Shown here: piece by piece, positions 44,301 through 46,392 of the stretch
Numbering within the stretch: position 1 is the first letter of the stretch
Layout of the letters: every line of letters starts with the position of its first letter
DNA from: Kipferlia bialata
Lineage: Eukaryota
Assembly: GCA_003568945.1 (NCBI GenBank)
Contig: BDIP01000018.1
Coordinates: 1 to 46,392, forward strand
Length of the DNA stretch: 46,392 nucleotides
Reading direction: 5' to 3'
The notes under the pieces: generated by a model
The model's input: the letters and a program-made list of their open reading frames with translations, nothing else
Database searches by the model: none
What the model was told of the DNA's origin: nothing
Made by a program: the position numbers and the translations under genes

Positions 44301-46203
44301 ACCAGGTCTGTAAGACTGGTGTGAGGGGAAATAGAATATATATATACAATATATAATTAGAGACTGAATACTAATGTCATACAATATGTGTGAGGAGAAG
44401 TATAGCACTTCCACATATTCACTGTTAGATATATATAGTACTAGTGTCAAACAGGGGCCTCAAGGGAAACGTAAGGGTAACTTGGTATGAAGGAGAGAGA
44501 GAGAGCATCAGAAAGAGAGAGGCACCGGAGAACGTCATACCATGTGTATGCAGCTTGAAACTCCTGGAGGAGAGAGGTCAGGGTGGCACCAAGAGCGGCA
44601 CAGTCCTCAGAAATGAACTTGTGTTAACGGGAGAAAATATACTGAAACCTGGAAGTAACAAGAAAGAAATAGATGTAGGGGTAGCACCAAGAGCGGCACA
44701 GTCCTCAGAGACAAACTGGTATAAGAGAGAGAAGAACATATATATATTGAATACTATCTACCTTCTCTCTGGGGTGCTGTCTCAGGAACTCTTCCAACTG
44801 GACCTTACCCTCTGCCACTCTCTTGGCAAGGGGTATGTACTCCTCTATCCTGGTGATGTGGATGGATAGGGACTCAGCGTCAAAGGACCTAAGGTTAGGA
44901 TATACTTTACGAGAGATTTTCTAATGGGAGAGTAGAGGGAGAGAGAGTAGAGGGGGAGAGAGAGAGAAAATATGGATGGACAGGGACTCATTTTTAAACG
45001 CCCTGGAGTGAGAACTATGAAGTAAACACTGTATATGATATATATATATAATATGTATATATATTCATATACATGGTGATGTGAATGGAGAGAGCATCAG
45101 CGTCAAATGCCTTGATGTCAGAGTACATCAAGAAAGCATAAAGACGAAAGAGTGAGAGGAAGCAAGTATGTGGGACACAACAATAGGGTCAAACATGACA
45201 CAGTGCTACAAGCGACTATGAAGGAAGACCGGAATAGAAGTGAATAGTGTATAGGTTATGGACATGAAAACATAGGTATACTAAGCTTACCCCACCCTCT
45301 TCAGTGTCTCCTAAATCCGAGAGACTTGAATCTAAATGACCATTGTGGATATAATGAAAGACATGGGTATGGTAGATGTATATATATATATATGATGAAT
45401 GTATGTTACCTGACTCTCTCCGTCAGCTGCTGTGTACACACATACACATATATATACATATGTGTGTGTGGGGGGGGGGTGTTGGTGTGCTACCTGGCTC
45501 TCTCTATCAGCTTCTGGGTCTGCACTGTGTCCGAGGGAGTGTATGCCTCGAACTGGGCCTTGGCTACAAGGGCCTATGGTTAGAATGATGTGTAATACAT
45601 ATATGTTTATGAGTAGTCATTATTGGACATGATAAACACTAACAGAGAGAGAGAAACAAGAGTCTATGTTCAAGTGTCATGTCAGATATATACACTGTAA
45701 AGTATATAATCTATTGTGAATACACAGAGAGAGAGAGAGTAGTGATTATGTTGGGGGTTGCTAAATACTCAAGCACCACACTGTATGTATATATACACAA
45801 GCAATACCTGTCTCTGCCTCTCTACTATATATACTATATACTATATACTATATACAAAATACAATATATACTATATATACTAAACCATTTATATTATACG
45901 TATACAGACAATACATGTCTCTGCTTCTCTCTCTCTCTCTCTCTTTCTCTCTATGGATATATACATAGAGGTATATATATACAATACCTCTCTCTGCCTC
46001 TCTGCCTCTAGGTCCAGCACCCTCTCTCTCTAACTATATATATATACTATACATATTGGTGTTTCCTGTCTCTGTCTCTCTCTCTCTCTCTCTATATATA
46101 TACACTATATATATATATGCAATACCTCTCTCTGTCTCTCTGCCTCCAGATCAAGAACCCTCTCCAGATCAGCCCTCATGGCATCCACAGCAGCTTCCGC
46201 GGC
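41366..46203 (-). CDS. hypothetical helical/coiled-coil protein with acidic DPL-motif repeats, many exons, 5'-partial
   Basis: A series of GT-AG-bounded exons (e.g. AAEAAVDAMRADLERVL, SFDAESLSIHITRIEEY, SAIEACKKQLEDL, VQAKKRTLSSVERQAILNQAR), repeats DPLSFVDE, and an acidic tail ending EFDPLALL*. Apparent 1-nt frameshift near 41510 and an N gap at 44137-44148. Confidence 0.65.
44030..44255 (-). repeat. coding tandem repeat (DPL[S/C]FVDE plus acidic spacer), at least 4 copies, interrupted by N gap
   Basis: Repeated + strand unit ctcatccacgaaggagagagggtcagc. Confidence 0.8.
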
Positions 46204-46350
46204 CTATCATTAGAGCTATGATGTATATGATTATATATATATATATATTAATATATATATATAGTGTGAGTATATAGAGAGACCAGCCCTCATGACATCC
46301 ACAGCGGCATATGCATCCTGGTGTCAGGTGTATACTGAGAAAGTGGATAA

Positions 46351-46374
46351 GGGGGGGGGGGGGGGGGGGGGGGG
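46351..46374. repeat. poly-G homopolymer near window end
   Basis: 24 consecutive G. Confidence 0.95.
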
Positions 46375-46392
46375 TGCTCCAAAAAAAGGGAA

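Noticed and set aside
228..46277. Numerous 60-170 aa ORFs rich in Y/I/C/V or L/S
   Set aside because: Translations of (TA)n, (TG)n and (CT)n intronic microsatellites, or antisense and off-frame overlaps of real exons.
1..46392. tRNA, rRNA or transposase/reverse-transcriptase genes
   Set aside because: None recognised by eye; tRNAscan-SE, Infernal and a repeat-library search would be needed to exclude small or degenerate ones.

Overview
Intron-rich eukaryotic genomic DNA with GT-AG introns, a branch-point-like YTNAC a few nt before the acceptor AG, and (TA)n/(CT)n-rich introns. Gene content and style suggest an anaerobic flagellate, most like a free-living fornicate/metamonad such as Kipferlia; this is an inference, not a search result. 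Hand-spliced models give about 12 protein genes or fragments: a hypothetical gene, an LRR protein, the 3' part of an [FeFe]-hydrogenase fused to a complete diflavin (CPR/CysJ-type) reductase, a CCDC93-like 5' fragment (probably mis-joined to the hydrogenase at a poly-G tract), a bacterial-type SMP-30/gluconolactonase, an intronless ~2100-aa propeller/Ig type-I membrane protein, an IQCH-like protein, a protein with two H...CxxC-x24-C repeats, a head-to-head pair of ATD-less iGluR-like channels, and two more hypothetical genes. The most striking unexplained structure is that many introns carry degenerate tandem 'echo' copies of the adjoining exon end plus its splice site; in one case such a copy appears to have become the branch point and acceptor of an intron. 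I saw no RNA genes, CRISPR arrays or recognisable transposons. Exon boundaries were read by eye and several gene ends are uncertain.
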